Shown: positions 18,359 through 29,020, counted from the first letter of the stretch. The stretch: 64,000 bases of DNA from Dehalococcoidia bacterium (GCA_965224255.1 CBDCYO010000005.1:963223-1027222); one strand, 5' to 3'. Translations and numbers: made by a program. Notes: a model not told the origin generated them from the letters alone.

Positions 18359-19603
18359 GTGCGGATAGGGGCGGCATTCTGTGAGCAATCACGTATGAAT
18401 GGTAGCAGTGATGCGCAAAGCGCGACGCAGGCCGTGAAGGACGCCGCCACACGGGCTGGGTTCGACGTCGTTGGCATTGCGTCCGCAGATGTCTTTCGTG
18501 AGCGCGGAGAGACCGCGAAGGAGCGCGTATCCGAAGGTTTGATGGACGGCCTGCCCTGGTTCACTGAAGAGCGCGTCGAACGCGGCATGGACCCGGAAAC
18601 CCTGATGCCCAATGCCCGTTCGATCATTTCCCTGGCCTTGAGCCATCACTACGAAGGTTCCGCCGATCCCTCGGACACCCTGCCACGAGGCCGCATCGCA
18701 CGCTATGCCTGGGGAGAGGATTACCATCGCGTATTCGCCCGCCAGGTGCGCTCTTTCATCGCACAGTTGCCCGATGTGACGGGCGAAAAGGACATCGGGA
18801 CGAAGTGGTACACAGATACGGGGCCACTGCTTGACCGTGCCGTCGCGGAACGTGCGGGCGTCGGCTGGTTCGGGAAGAACACCAATATCCTCACCGCGCA
18901 GGGCTCATGGATGCTGTTGGCGCAGATCATCACGACGCTTGACCTCATTCCGGATGAGCCTCTGAAGAAAACGTGCGGCGCGTGTGCCATTTGCATTGAC
19001 GCGTGTCCAACAGCCGCAATCGTTGCGCCCTATGTGGTGGACAACCGCAAGTGCATCTCGTATCTGACAATTGAAAATCGCGGCAGTATTCCACGTGATG
19101 TCCGTGCCCTGATTGGTGACTGGATTTTCGGCTGTGATGTGTGCCAAGACGTGTGCCCCGTAAACCGTAAGGCGCGCGTTGGCGCAGCCTACGCGGATCT
19201 GACGCGGGATGCCGAAAACCGTGCCCGCCCGGAGTTGGTGGAGCTGCTGTCTCTTGATGACGCCGGATTTCGAGAACGCTTCAAGCAGAGTTCGGTCCTT
19301 CGAGCCAAACCTGAAGGAATGCGTCGCAATGTCTGTGTCGCGCTTGGCAACATCGCCGACACCACGACAGTCGTTCCCCTCACCCATGTCATGCGTACGG
19401 ATTCCTCACCCATCGTACGTGGCCACGCCGCGTGGGCCCTTGGACGCATCGCTGACACCGCAGCCGTGACGGCGCTTGAGAACGCGTTTGCAGAAGAGAC
19501 GGATGCCGGAGTTCTGGGAGAGATCAGAGAGGCCCTGCGTGAGGCGAGAGCCCGGCATACTGACTCCCAACAGGACGGCGAGAAACGCTACCTCCCCGTG
19601 TAA
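18359..19603 (+). CDS. queG: tRNA epoxyqueuosine(34) reductase QueG with C-terminal HEAT-repeat extension
   Basis: Two 4Fe-4S ferredoxin motifs (CGACAICIDACP; CDVCQDVCP), CISYLTIE motif, and C-terminal HEAT-like repeats (HAAWALGRIAD). Confidence 0.85.
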   Translation: MRIGAAFCEQSRMNGSSDAQSATQAVKDAATRAGFDVVGIASADVFRERGETAKERVSEGLMDGLPWFTEERVERGMDPETLMPNARSIISLALSHHYEGSADPSDTLPRGRIARYAWGEDYHRVFARQVRSFIAQLPDVTGEKDIGTKWYTDTGPLLDRAVAERAGVGWFGKNTNILTAQGSWMLLAQIITTLDLIPDEPLKKTCGACAICIDACPTAAIVAPYVVDNRKCISYLTIENRGSIPRDVRALIGDWIFGCDVCQDVCPVNRKARVGAAYADLTRDAENRARPELVELLSLDDAGFRERFKQSSVLRAKPEGMRRNVCVALGNIADTTTVVPLTHVMRTDSSPIVRGHAAWALGRIADTAAVTALENAFAEETDAGVLGEIREALREARARHTDSQQDGEKRYLPV

Positions 19604-21159
19604 AGCTCCCCGTCAGGCCGAAAGGATGCATAGCCGAACCAGTACGCGACGTGTCCGGAGACGCGCGTGTACACCGTGCCATTGGGGCCGCGCAGACCGT
19701 CCGCGGCACTCCGCCATTCGTGGCCGGCTCCATCGACAAGTCTTCCATCAGAGTCACGCATGAACGAGAGTTCGCCACGTTGGTAGGCCTGCACACCGCC
19801 GCCGTCATCGCTGACGAGGACTATGCTCGTCTCTCCGAGGGCGTCGTTCAGAACCGGAGTACCACGCAGCAGATCAAGTGGATAGGCCTTGCTTGCACCG
19901 GTCCCTGTCACCGCCACAAACACTTGCGATTTCGGCCCCAAACGGGCGTCTCTGCCACCGGGGCCGCCGGGAAACATGAGATGCGGGCTGGAGAAGTAGT
20001 CAGCGTAGGCCGCGCCGGGTGTGCCCGGCGTGGCGTAGTTTCGGTCATAGCCCGTTTCCAGCGAGAGCACCGTCGTATCCGGGTGTTGCCTACTCCATTC
20101 AGCCCACGTGGTCAGCGTGACAGGCAGGATCGGCAGGGTGACGTTTTCACCAACGTGCTCACCGACAACAGGCTGCCCGGTGAACTGATTCCAGAGATTG
20201 TATATGCCCATGTCATACATGAGCTTGTTTGATCGATAGAGCAGCCCTGACGAGCCGAATGTGTAGGGCTCCTGACCAGCTGGACGCCGAGTGTCATACA
20301 GAATGCCAGAGCCGCACAGGGTGCAGTATGCGAGTGTAAACGGCTGGTCACCAAGGACGTCATTCGCCATCTCATGCCAGTTCATAATCCGCAGCGGGTA
20401 GGCGCGCGCTTCACCGTCGAGGTAGACGCCAAAAACCTGCTCATCTGACTCGAGGTAGTGGGCCTCCTCCAACGGAATCGTCTTGGGTTTGTCGAGCGAG
20501 GGGATGGCGTCCACGTGGACGCCGCCCCAGACGATCTCCTCAAGCCGTATCGTATGCGTGACTCCGTCCTCCGGCAGAAACATGCGGAAACGGGGATCGA
20601 CGGTGCTCAGTACCTCTCCTTTCCACCAGGCGTAAGGAGCCGGCGCCGCGTATTCCGGATGTGCCTCCACCCATTCAACCCACTGGAACCAATCCGTTCC
20701 AATTGCCTCCACGCCCGTCAACTGACGAAGGGAATCACCGATGTGGCGCCGATAGAGCATTCCGTATGGTGGGATGCCCAGCATGTCCACGAGGAAGGGC
20801 GCGCTGTGCGGATCACGCGTCAGACGAATGGAATCGAGGCCTGGGGCGAGAAACGCGTCGATTGCCGAATCCGTCGTTTCGTCCGGCCGCTCGTACAGGA
20901 CGAGTGTTAGGACATCTCTGAGTTGAACGGGCGTGAGCGGACGCGCCTCCTGTGTACCGATGGCTGAAGTTTGCGTCGGAGACGGTGTCGACGTGGTGGT
21001 TGGCTTAGGCGACCTCACGGGGAAGGGCGCGTCGCCAGTGGCTCCTGGTTGCTGGGTCGCGTCCGGTATGCCCGTGGCGGTGTCATCGCCACGGGCGGTG
21101 ACCAGAAGCCCAACCATAGGGAGCAGAAGCGCAATGGACACACTGATGAATCGTCTCAT
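19588..21159 (-). CDS. Secreted DUF3179-family protein
   Basis: N-terminal signal peptide (MRRFISVSIALLLPMVGLLV); Pro/Thr-rich linker; conserved region with AYCTLCGSG typical of DUF3179. Confidence 0.65.
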   Translation of the reverse strand: MRRFISVSIALLLPMVGLLVTARGDDTATGIPDATQQPGATGDAPFPVRSPKPTTTSTPSPTQTSAIGTQEARPLTPVQLRDVLTLVLYERPDETTDSAIDAFLAPGLDSIRLTRDPHSAPFLVDMLGIPPYGMLYRRHIGDSLRQLTGVEAIGTDWFQWVEWVEAHPEYAAPAPYAWWKGEVLSTVDPRFRMFLPEDGVTHTIRLEEIVWGGVHVDAIPSLDKPKTIPLEEAHYLESDEQVFGVYLDGEARAYPLRIMNWHEMANDVLGDQPFTLAYCTLCGSGILYDTRRPAGQEPYTFGSSGLLYRSNKLMYDMGIYNLWNQFTGQPVVGEHVGENVTLPILPVTLTTWAEWSRQHPDTTVLSLETGYDRNYATPGTPGAAYADYFSSPHLMFPGGPGGRDARLGPKSQVFVAVTGTGASKAYPLDLLRGTPVLNDALGETSIVLVSDDGGGVQAYQRGELSFMRDSDGRLVDGAGHEWRSAADGLRGPNGTVYTRVSGHVAYWFGYASFRPDGELYTGR

Positions 21160-21248
21160 GTGAAGGCTAGCTTACCTTGACCGCATTCTTGCGGCGCGCG
21201 TATCATCAAGGCGCACTAGTTCAATAGTCGCAGAGTCGTGAACATACA

Positions 21249-21515
21249 GTGAGGTTTGCGCGGGTGAATCTACTCTACGCAATGTATTGTTTCTTCGTTC
21301 CCGGCCTGGAGGCCAAGCTAAGGCTCTTGGTTGCCGACCTGAGCATTCTGATCTGCACGATGGTGGCGACAATAGTGATCAGACAGTATTCCTTCAGTTC
21401 GCTTGAAGTGGGCGCGGACGTCGTGACAGGTTTTCTCGTGGGATTCACGGCCGTCGTCGCATTCAACTCGATCGTATACGTTGGGTCATTGGCTGCTCCG
21501 GAGGCGGAATCGTAA
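21249..21515 (+). CDS. Possible small hydrophobic protein (88 aa) in a lower-GC intergenic region
   Basis: Two predicted TM segments; no homology recognised; AT-richer than surroundings. Could be non-coding. Confidence 0.25.
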   Translation: MRFARVNLLYAMYCFFVPGLEAKLRLLVADLSILICTMVATIVIRQYSFSSLEVGADVVTGFLVGFTAVVAFNSIVYVGSLAAPEAES

Positions 21516-21604
21516 CCGAGCCACGTCACCGCTCGCAGTCTGCTGCGTGGGACGACGGTCCCCGTTCATCGTGACAGTAGACCCGCAAGGATAAGGTCTG
21601 GGAC

Positions 21605-23020
21605 ATGAACACAGCGGCACGACCGGGTGGCGCGCATTCGGCGCGTGGCGCACTGGACACGTCCGGCCTGAGTCTGGCTCTTTTTACCGCCCTCTATGAG
21701 CTAACAATGGCGCAGGCCTGGTGGCAGAGCGGCAATGCGCAAAGCGCCACCTTCAGCCTCTTCATCAGGCGATATCCGCCAAACCGTTCCTACTTTGTCC
21801 TCGCCGGCATCCACGATATCCTGGACTACCTGTCCACTTTCCGATTTACCAATGCGGATATCGCCTACCTCTCATCCCTGAATCGTTTTGACGAGCGCTT
21901 TCTGGCTTTCCTTTCCGATCTGCGCTTTACAGGCACCGTGCGGGCCATGCAGGAGGGCACGATATTTTTCACGGATGAGCCCGTGGTGGAGATCACGGGG
22001 CCCGTCATCGAGTGCCAAATACTCGAGAATTACGTGATCAACCGCGTTAGCCTGCAGACCATGTTGGCCACGAAGTCCGCCCGCGTCATCCACGCGGCGC
22101 GTGGGCGGCCAGTAACGTACTACGGATCCCGTCGAGCGCCCGGCATCGACGCCGCAGGACAGATGGCTCGCGTTGGCTCCATGACCGGTTTTGTCGGTAC
22201 GGGCAACGTCCTAGCCGCCGCCCAACACGGCCTCACACCGATGGGCACCATGGCGCATTCATTCGTCGGGTCATTCCCCACAGAGCTGGACGCGTTCCGT
22301 GCCTTCGCCACGTCATTCCCGGACACGTCGACGTTTCTGATTGATACCTATGACCCCATCGAAGGGGCGCGAAACGCCATTACCGTTGCGCTGGAGATGA
22401 AGGAGGCCGGGCATCGGCTTGGCGCCGTTCGGTTGGACAGTGGCGATCTGCTGAGCCTCTCACGCCGCGTGCGTGACATGTTTGACGAGGCCGGACTGGA
22501 CGACGTGGATATCGTTGCCAGCGGCGAACTGGACGAGTTCGTCATTGATGAACTCGTCCGAGCCGGTGCCCCGATCGACGGCTTTGGCGTGGGGACCCGT
22601 ATTGGATCATCGTCTGATGCGCCGTGGACCGATTCGGTCTACAAACTGGTTGAATATGGGGGGGTGCCTGTGCTCAAACTCAGCGCTGGCAAGGAGACGC
22701 TCCCCGGGCGCAAACAAGTGTATCGCTACACGGATGAAAACGGCAAATCTGTCCGTGATGCCCTTGCCATCGCGGATGAATCACAACCCGCAGCAGCGAC
22801 GCCTCTCTTGCATGACGTCATGCGGGACGGACGGACGCTGCGCCCTGCCCCGACACTGAGCGAATCCCGCGAGCTTTTCCGGCGTGGGTTTGGCGCACTC
22901 CCAGAAGGCGTGAAGTCCCTGAGCGCTGGCGCAACGTATCCCGTGGATCTCTCTAGGGCACTCGCTGATCTGCAAACGCGCATGACGGAAGCCGTCCACC
23001 CAGGCCAACGGCCGAGCTGA
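21605..23020 (+). CDS. pncB: Nicotinate phosphoribosyltransferase
   Basis: ALYELTMAQAWWQSG, GSRRAPG, MGTMAHSFV motifs of the NAPRTase family. Confidence 0.85.
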   Translation: MNTAARPGGAHSARGALDTSGLSLALFTALYELTMAQAWWQSGNAQSATFSLFIRRYPPNRSYFVLAGIHDILDYLSTFRFTNADIAYLSSLNRFDERFLAFLSDLRFTGTVRAMQEGTIFFTDEPVVEITGPVIECQILENYVINRVSLQTMLATKSARVIHAARGRPVTYYGSRRAPGIDAAGQMARVGSMTGFVGTGNVLAAAQHGLTPMGTMAHSFVGSFPTELDAFRAFATSFPDTSTFLIDTYDPIEGARNAITVALEMKEAGHRLGAVRLDSGDLLSLSRRVRDMFDEAGLDDVDIVASGELDEFVIDELVRAGAPIDGFGVGTRIGSSSDAPWTDSVYKLVEYGGVPVLKLSAGKETLPGRKQVYRYTDENGKSVRDALAIADESQPAAATPLLHDVMRDGRTLRPAPTLSESRELFRRGFGALPEGVKSLSAGATYPVDLSRALADLQTRMTEAVHPGQRPS

Positions 23021-23026
23021 CATACT

Positions 23027-24016
23027 GTGACCGGCGGTCAGGAGGGTAACGGAGGCCTCCCAGCCAATGCAGTATGCCCGGCCTGCGGGCAAGAGAGTGA
23101 CCACGATTGGCTCTTCTGCCCCACGTGCGGGGGCGTACTGCGCATTGCATGCCGAGCATGCAAGCATCCGAATCCGGCGACCGCACGATTTTGTGTTCTG
23201 TGCGGCGCGTCGGTCACCGGCCCAACCTCCTCTGCGGCTCCGCAAGCCAGGATGTGCGAGAGCTGCCTACAACCGAATGCGCTAAACGCGGAGTCCTGCA
23301 CCAACTGCGGCCTTGCCTTTGACCAGAGTGTGCCCCAGACGCTGTCACCCGTGCAGTCGCTGGAACAGGCGGAGACAGCCCAGTCGCCAGCTGAAAACGA
23401 GGGGCTTTCCCCAGAGGAAATTGACGCCAGTCGCCCCTCGGCGGTTATCCCGGTGTCTCAGACGCCGCCAATGATGAGCATCCGCCCATGCCCCCGATGC
23501 AAGTACAGGAACGACGCAACCTCCACATTCTGCGTCAACTGCGGTCTCCCTTTTGAGGGCGAGCCCCCACTGGCACGCGTCGACGAGGCGACTATGGGCC
23601 CAAACGGGACACCATATCAGGGCTTCTGGATACGCCTGGTAGCGCATGCAATTGACGTGGTCATTCTCTTCATCGCCCTGCTCGCCGTAGCAGGATTACT
23701 TGATGCCTACCTGTCAGAAGACGCATCAGAAGGCGTACTTTTCGCAGGCTACGCCATATCCCTGTCTATTTCCCTGCTGTACGAGGTCATTTTCGTGGGA
23801 AGCCTTGGGGCGACTCTTGGGAAATATATCGTTGGCATAAAGATTGTTCGGTATGACGGACGGCGGGTTGGCTACGGCCGTGCCCTGGGCCGTCACCTCA
23901 GCACATATCTTTCCTCACTGTTTTTGTGCATCGGGTATCTTATGATCGCGGCTCGGCCGGACAAGCGTGGGCTCCACGATATCATCGCCGGAACCGTCAT
24001 TGTAAAGAAGCGCTGA
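23027..24016 (+). CDS. Membrane protein with N-terminal tandem zinc ribbons and a C-terminal RDD-family domain
   Basis: Repeated CPxCG...CxxCG zinc-ribbon motifs (CPACGQ...CPTCGG; CRACKH...CVLCGA; CESC...CTNCG; CPRCKY...CVNCG), then RDD-like TM domain (GFWIRLVAHAIDVVIL ... RPDKRGLHDIIAGTVIV). Confidence 0.7.
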   Translation: MTGGQEGNGGLPANAVCPACGQESDHDWLFCPTCGGVLRIACRACKHPNPATARFCVLCGASVTGPTSSAAPQARMCESCLQPNALNAESCTNCGLAFDQSVPQTLSPVQSLEQAETAQSPAENEGLSPEEIDASRPSAVIPVSQTPPMMSIRPCPRCKYRNDATSTFCVNCGLPFEGEPPLARVDEATMGPNGTPYQGFWIRLVAHAIDVVILFIALLAVAGLLDAYLSEDASEGVLFAGYAISLSISLLYEVIFVGSLGATLGKYIVGIKIVRYDGRRVGYGRALGRHLSTYLSSLFLCIGYLMIAARPDKRGLHDIIAGTVIVKKR

Positions 24017-24025
24017 CGTTCTGGC

Positions 24026-24880
24026 GTGGGCTGGCTTACTCTTCCACTCGTTTCCCTTGCACCCGGTCTGTTTTGGCTGTGGTTCTTCACTCGTCTGGAT
24101 CGTTATCATCCAGCTCCCCGCCGCCTCCTCGCGTGGAGCTTTGTCCTGGGAATGCTCTCAACGATCCCCGTCGGAATCATCTACGAGATTGTTGCCCTGG
24201 ATGATCTGTATTCCCCCGGCGCAACGCTCACGCTCTCTGCCCTTGTCATGGTCGGCATCGTTGGGCCGATTGAGGAAGTGTGCAAATTTCTGGCCGTGCG
24301 CTTGTTTGCCTACCGTTCCCGGTGGTTTGACGAACCAATGGATGGACTGGTCTTCGCGGCAGCGGCCAGTCTGGGATTCGCCTCTCTGGAGAATCTGAGC
24401 TACGTCTTGATGTACGGCCCATGGGTGATGATTCTGCGTGCGCCACTCTCCACGGTAGGGCACCTTATCTTTGGCAGTTTATGGGGCCACGCGCTTGGCC
24501 TCCGCCACGAAGGCGCCAGCTCTTTTCATGTTTGGCGTGGGCTCGGGCTGGCTGCACTTCTCCACGGCCTCTACAATGTCTCTGCCGATTTCCCGTTTGG
24601 CCTTCTCTGGGCGACGCTCATCATCCTGATTGGCGGACTCTTTGCGTACAGGCAATTCAAGCGGACGCAAAGCGCGTCACCATTTCGCTATCGTCGGAAC
24701 GTTCCGCTGGTTGTTTGCTCTTCCTGCGCCATTCCGACCCGCGTCTCTAACAGGTTTTGCCATTCCTGCGGAGTTCACGTGGCCGTAACGCAGGCCTCGA
24801 CGTTGGTCTGCGGGAACTGCCGCCATCGCGGTGCGCCGTCGGCCTATTGCGGTGGCTGCGGGGACCGACTCTTGTACTAA
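24026..24880 (+). CDS. PrsW-family intramembrane metalloprotease with C-terminal zinc ribbon
   Basis: Polytopic membrane protein with conserved EExxK (IEEVCKF), FxxxE (GFASLEN) and H-containing (VGHLIFGSLWGH) motifs of the PrsW family; C-terminal CSSC...CHSCG...CGNC...CGGCG. Confidence 0.7.
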   Translation: MGWLTLPLVSLAPGLFWLWFFTRLDRYHPAPRRLLAWSFVLGMLSTIPVGIIYEIVALDDLYSPGATLTLSALVMVGIVGPIEEVCKFLAVRLFAYRSRWFDEPMDGLVFAAAASLGFASLENLSYVLMYGPWVMILRAPLSTVGHLIFGSLWGHALGLRHEGASSFHVWRGLGLAALLHGLYNVSADFPFGLLWATLIILIGGLFAYRQFKRTQSASPFRYRRNVPLVVCSSCAIPTRVSNRFCHSCGVHVAVTQASTLVCGNCRHRGAPSAYCGGCGDRLLY

Positions 24881-24898
24881 GTCCGGCGGTGCCGTGTG

Positions 24899-25609
24899 CT
24901 ATTCCGTCTGACTATCCAGCGTGCGAATATGCGCCACGAGCATCCAGCGCTCCGCCGGTAAGAGCAGTTGCTCAAATGGTGGCATGTTGGTCATGCCCTC
25001 AAAGGCAGCGGGGTTTTCTGCCCACCTGGGGACAGGAAACTCACCGTTCCCACGTGTGACGATGCGATAGAGATCTCCAACCGTCCGCGCCTGCGTATCA
25101 TCTTCCGTCAAATTCTTGGGAACATTGACGCCCGCGGCATCAAACGCAATTCTCACCTGCAGCAGACCCTGCCCGTCTCCCGCCGCTCCGTGGCACATTG
25201 CGCAGTTGCGTGCGAAGAGGAAGCTTCCGTATTCCAGAACCTCCGGCGTGACGACAAAGGGAATGCCGTCGATCGCGTTTAACTCGTCATCGGACATCAA
25301 ATCGTAGTGCTCAAGGCGCAGATCAGCATTCAACTGCTCCTCCGGCGCGCCGCCGCTGTTATACGCGACAGTACCCGGCCTGATGGACATGGATGGGCCT
25401 TCCTGTTTGCGAATGGCCGGCGAGTAGTGCATCTCCTGGAAAAAGTCCACAGGATAGGCGCCCGTTGAGCAGCCCGAAAGCACAATACCAGCAATGGCGA
25501 TGAAGGCAAGCACCAGTACAGCACCGCGCCCCGTCAGTTCCTTCAATTTCACCTGCGTTCTCAGCATTGCCGGCCTATCAATCGTCCCGCTGATCTCGTT
25601 TGAACCCAC
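24899..25609 (-). CDS. actE: Alternative complex III subunit ActE (monohaem cytochrome c lipoprotein)
   Basis: Single CAMCH haem-binding motif; N-terminal TM/lipobox-like LSGCS; last gene of the act cluster. Confidence 0.75.
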   Translation of the reverse strand: MGSNEISGTIDRPAMLRTQVKLKELTGRGAVLVLAFIAIAGIVLSGCSTGAYPVDFFQEMHYSPAIRKQEGPSMSIRPGTVAYNSGGAPEEQLNADLRLEHYDLMSDDELNAIDGIPFVVTPEVLEYGSFLFARNCAMCHGAAGDGQGLLQVRIAFDAAGVNVPKNLTEDDTQARTVGDLYRIVTRGNGEFPVPRWAENPAAFEGMTNMPPFEQLLLPAERWMLVAHIRTLDSQTE

Positions 25610-26146
25610 CTATGCGCCGTCCCCACTGATGATGTCTTCTGCGCCACCGTTCTGGAGGGCGACCTGCGCGTTTCCAATTCTGGACTCGTCCGCCGTAACC
25701 AGGAGTCCGATGTAGCCAAGAGTAATGCGCGTGTCGTAGAGGGGTCCCTCTCCACCTGGGCGGGGGAGACGGCTTTCGAAGATGACGCCGATGACCGTGA
25801 ATATCATCGCGACCAGCAGTGTGAATTCATACATGATGATCATGCTTGCTGGAATGGCGAGGATGGGTTTGCCGCCCGTCACCAGCGGGAAGGCCGCCTG
25901 TGTGGCGAAGACAAAGAGGAATGCCGTGATGAATCCCACAAACGCCCCGAACAAGGAGAATCGGAAGAGCTTGTTCTTCTTGACGTGCTCTCCAAACGCA
26001 CCCTCGGGATACGGATTCCCCGTCATCACCTCATAGTCATCGCTAGTAAACCCGGCCGCCTTGAGGTTAGTAGCCCCCTCTGCGGCGGAGTCCGCGTCAC
26101 TGTACAAACCCAGAATGCTTTGGTTCGCCATTAAATACGCTCCCAA
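25610..26146 (-). CDS. actD: Alternative complex III subunit ActD (DUF3341 membrane protein)
   Basis: ILGLYSDADSAAEGATNLKAAGF N-terminus and two TM helices typical of ActD/DUF3341. Confidence 0.7.
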   Translation of the reverse strand: MGAYLMANQSILGLYSDADSAAEGATNLKAAGFTSDDYEVMTGNPYPEGAFGEHVKKNKLFRFSLFGAFVGFITAFLFVFATQAAFPLVTGGKPILAIPASMIIMYEFTLLVAMIFTVIGVIFESRLPRPGGEGPLYDTRITLGYIGLLVTADESRIGNAQVALQNGGAEDIISGDGA

Positions 26147-26155
26147 CGTGCGTGC

Positions 26156-27547
26156 CTACCAGGCCCGCGGCTCCTCCGATTCCCGTACGATGGCGGGCAC
26201 GGTCACTTGGCCGATCTGAACCTCAGACCGGAAGACCTGTCCCTCCTTTTGCTCCCACGCGGGCACCAACGGCACGAACTTGGCGAAGGTGACAAGCAAC
26301 ATCGCCACCATTCCGAATGATGCGAGAACAACAACGCTCTCCGTCAGGCTCGGGACATAGTTCGCCCATAAGAATGTCAACTCTTGTTTTCGTTCAATGG
26401 CAGGGATGATGAGGAAGAATCTCTCCAACCACATGCCGATGTTCACCAGAATGGATGTCCAGAACATCAAGGCGATATTCCGACGCACTTTCCGGTTCAG
26501 CCATAACGGTATCGGTATCACGTACGAGGTCAGCACCATGATGATGGTGATGGCATTGAACGGCCACTGGAAAAGGCGCCGCTCCATCACCGCAAGTTCC
26601 TGTTCTTCTCGCGAATAGAATGAGAACGCGAAGTCCAAGAAGAAGAAGAAGAGCCAGGCCGTCGCGATAAATATCAACAGTCGGCCAACCGCGTCAAAGT
26701 GGTCTTCCCAGATGAAGTTCTCAAGCTTGAAGATCCAGCGCATTAACGCCATCAGTGTCAGCACCATTGAGACGCCGGAATGGACCGCGCCAATGACGAA
26801 GTACGGCGCATACACCGTCACGTGCCATGCCGGCACCACGGACACCGCGAAGTCCCATGACACGATGCTGTGGACAGAAACAAACACGGGCAGAATCAGG
26901 GCGGACATGAGGATACCGAAGATGCCCTGCAGCTGCCACTGCCTCGGCGTGCCACGCCAGCCCATCGCCAGCATCCCGTATATCGTGCGCCGCATGCCCG
27001 TGCTCTGGTCACGGATAATCGCAAAGTCCGGGATCAGCGCCGTAAAGACGAAGAGGATGCTCCCCGTCAGGTACGTTGTAATCGCGACGGGGTCCCACAC
27101 CAGCGGTGACCGCACATCCGGCCACACACCCCGTGAGAAGTCGTACGGCAGAAGCCAATAGATGATCCGCCATGGCCTCCCCGCGTGGATGACGGGGTGG
27201 ATAAGAGACGTGACGAGCGCGAAGACCGTCATCACCTCAGCAGCCCGTGTAATTGGCCGCTTCCACTCCGCCTGCGTTAACCGCAGGATGGAGGAGATCA
27301 TCGTTCCGGCGTGACTGACACCGATCCAGAACACAAAGTTGACGATGAAGAATCCCCAGAACGCCGGCCGCTGCAGCCCCGTGATCCACAGGCCCTGCCA
27401 GATGAGGATGGTGACGGCGAGCGCGCCAGCCATGACGAGCAGGAACGGTGGCAGGAACGCGAGGACGTGCCGCGTCCGCAGCTCAAAGACCGGCCAGAGC
27501 AACTCCTGGTTGATCTGGTTGGCCGTCAGGACCGGTCGGTCTCGCAT
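26156..27547 (-). CDS. actF: Alternative complex III NrfD/PsrC-like membrane subunit (ActF-like)
   Basis: 463-aa polytopic membrane protein homologous to the adjacent ActC-like protein (NrfD family). Confidence 0.75.
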   Translation of the reverse strand: MRDRPVLTANQINQELLWPVFELRTRHVLAFLPPFLLVMAGALAVTILIWQGLWITGLQRPAFWGFFIVNFVFWIGVSHAGTMISSILRLTQAEWKRPITRAAEVMTVFALVTSLIHPVIHAGRPWRIIYWLLPYDFSRGVWPDVRSPLVWDPVAITTYLTGSILFVFTALIPDFAIIRDQSTGMRRTIYGMLAMGWRGTPRQWQLQGIFGILMSALILPVFVSVHSIVSWDFAVSVVPAWHVTVYAPYFVIGAVHSGVSMVLTLMALMRWIFKLENFIWEDHFDAVGRLLIFIATAWLFFFFLDFAFSFYSREEQELAVMERRLFQWPFNAITIIMVLTSYVIPIPLWLNRKVRRNIALMFWTSILVNIGMWLERFFLIIPAIERKQELTFLWANYVPSLTESVVVLASFGMVAMLLVTFAKFVPLVPAWEQKEGQVFRSEVQIGQVTVPAIVRESEEPRAW

Positions 27548-27562
27548 CTCTCTGTCTCTCCG

Positions 27563-28963
27563 CTAGTCCGGCTTTGCCACAACGTGAGCATGTCCAACGC
27601 CGAATGGCCTCACAACCCGCAGCAACAGAGCCTCTCGTGTCTCCCACAGGGACACGAACGGCACAACGCGAGTGGCCAACAGAATGAATAGCGCAATGGC
27701 TGATAGCATCCCCGCCAGAACCAGAAGCTCCAAGAATCCGGGGAGGCCAACGTGCGGTATCTCATGCAAACCATGCCCGCCGACCTGCTCCACTGACCAG
27801 GAATTGGCGTAGATACGCAACCTGTCAAAGAAGTTCCCAACGATGATCACGCATCCCACAACCGCTGGGCCCACGATGCTTCGCCGCACGGGGTTCCACA
27901 TGATGAGCAGGAACGCGCCGATGAACGACAGTCCGATGGCGCCGGCAAACATCCATAGCTGCGGCCGTGCCAACAGGTTTTCTACCATCGGGTCTCCAAA
28001 GATCATCAATGCGATGATTGATTGCTCATGCGGAAGGCGTCCATACCAGAACAGGATGAAACCACTCCACCAGAAGTAGAACCAGAACAGCGTCAGCGCC
28101 AAGAGCAGCCGCCCGTAACCCCAGAACTGCTCAAGCCCAAAGTACCGCCCAAGCCCACCCCATTTGCGGAGGGCAAATTGCACGACAATGAAGAGTCCGA
28201 GGCCCATCTGCAAGCCGGTCACGGCATGGAACGCCGGGAAGATCGGATCCTTCCATCCAGGCACAAGCACCATCGCAAAGTCAGTTGCAAACACCGTGTG
28301 CGTCATTGCATACGCAGAGATGTACAGCGCGCCCAGTATTCCGAGTGCGGACTTCTGCATGGCCCACTGCTGCGCAGTACCGATCCAGCCATAGGCCAGT
28401 GAGCCTGCGATGCCGCGAGTCCGACCGCTGCCGTGATCGCGAATGGCCGCAAGATCCGGCAGTGCGGAGGTGTAGACGAAAATGAGACCGATGGATACGA
28501 ACGCAGTCAGCATGAGCAAATCAGGCAGCCATGGGCCCAGTCTCCAGTCCATCCAGAGGCTGTTCCGTCCTTCGAGTCCCGGGTGTGCCGCCATGATCGG
28601 GATGAAGAATAGCAACAGAACCGGCCCGGCCAGCGCGAACAACTCCGCCGCGCGGCTCGTCGGCCTCCTCCATTGTGCGCGGGCAAATCGCAGGGCGATG
28701 CTCGCCATGGGAATGCCCATCACCAGCGAGAAGACGTAGAAATATGCGACGGCGTAGTAGTTCCACCGTGTGTGATCATCAGTGCCGCCCAGCATCATGA
28801 TGAGAGCCGCGATCACACCCAACGTTGCGAGTCCGGCAAGAACCCACATCGCCCTGCGCAACATGGGACCGGTCTGCCGCGCCTGATTGATGAGCTCTTC
28901 GGTCAGCTCATCCTGCGTCGCGGGAGGCCCAAGTGCCTCATGGCCGGTTTGGCTAGTCTGCAT
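27563..28963 (-). CDS. actC: Alternative complex III quinol-interacting NrfD/PsrC-like membrane subunit ActC
   Basis: 466-aa polytopic NrfD-like protein directly downstream of the ActB genes. Confidence 0.8.
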   Translation of the reverse strand: MQTSQTGHEALGPPATQDELTEELINQARQTGPMLRRAMWVLAGLATLGVIAALIMMLGGTDDHTRWNYYAVAYFYVFSLVMGIPMASIALRFARAQWRRPTSRAAELFALAGPVLLLFFIPIMAAHPGLEGRNSLWMDWRLGPWLPDLLMLTAFVSIGLIFVYTSALPDLAAIRDHGSGRTRGIAGSLAYGWIGTAQQWAMQKSALGILGALYISAYAMTHTVFATDFAMVLVPGWKDPIFPAFHAVTGLQMGLGLFIVVQFALRKWGGLGRYFGLEQFWGYGRLLLALTLFWFYFWWSGFILFWYGRLPHEQSIIALMIFGDPMVENLLARPQLWMFAGAIGLSFIGAFLLIMWNPVRRSIVGPAVVGCVIIVGNFFDRLRIYANSWSVEQVGGHGLHEIPHVGLPGFLELLVLAGMLSAIALFILLATRVVPFVSLWETREALLLRVVRPFGVGHAHVVAKPD

Positions 28964-29020
28964 CCTCTCCTCGTCGGTGTGTTTCAGGACTGATTCTTGG
29001 CATCGTCGTCGTGGTTTAGC

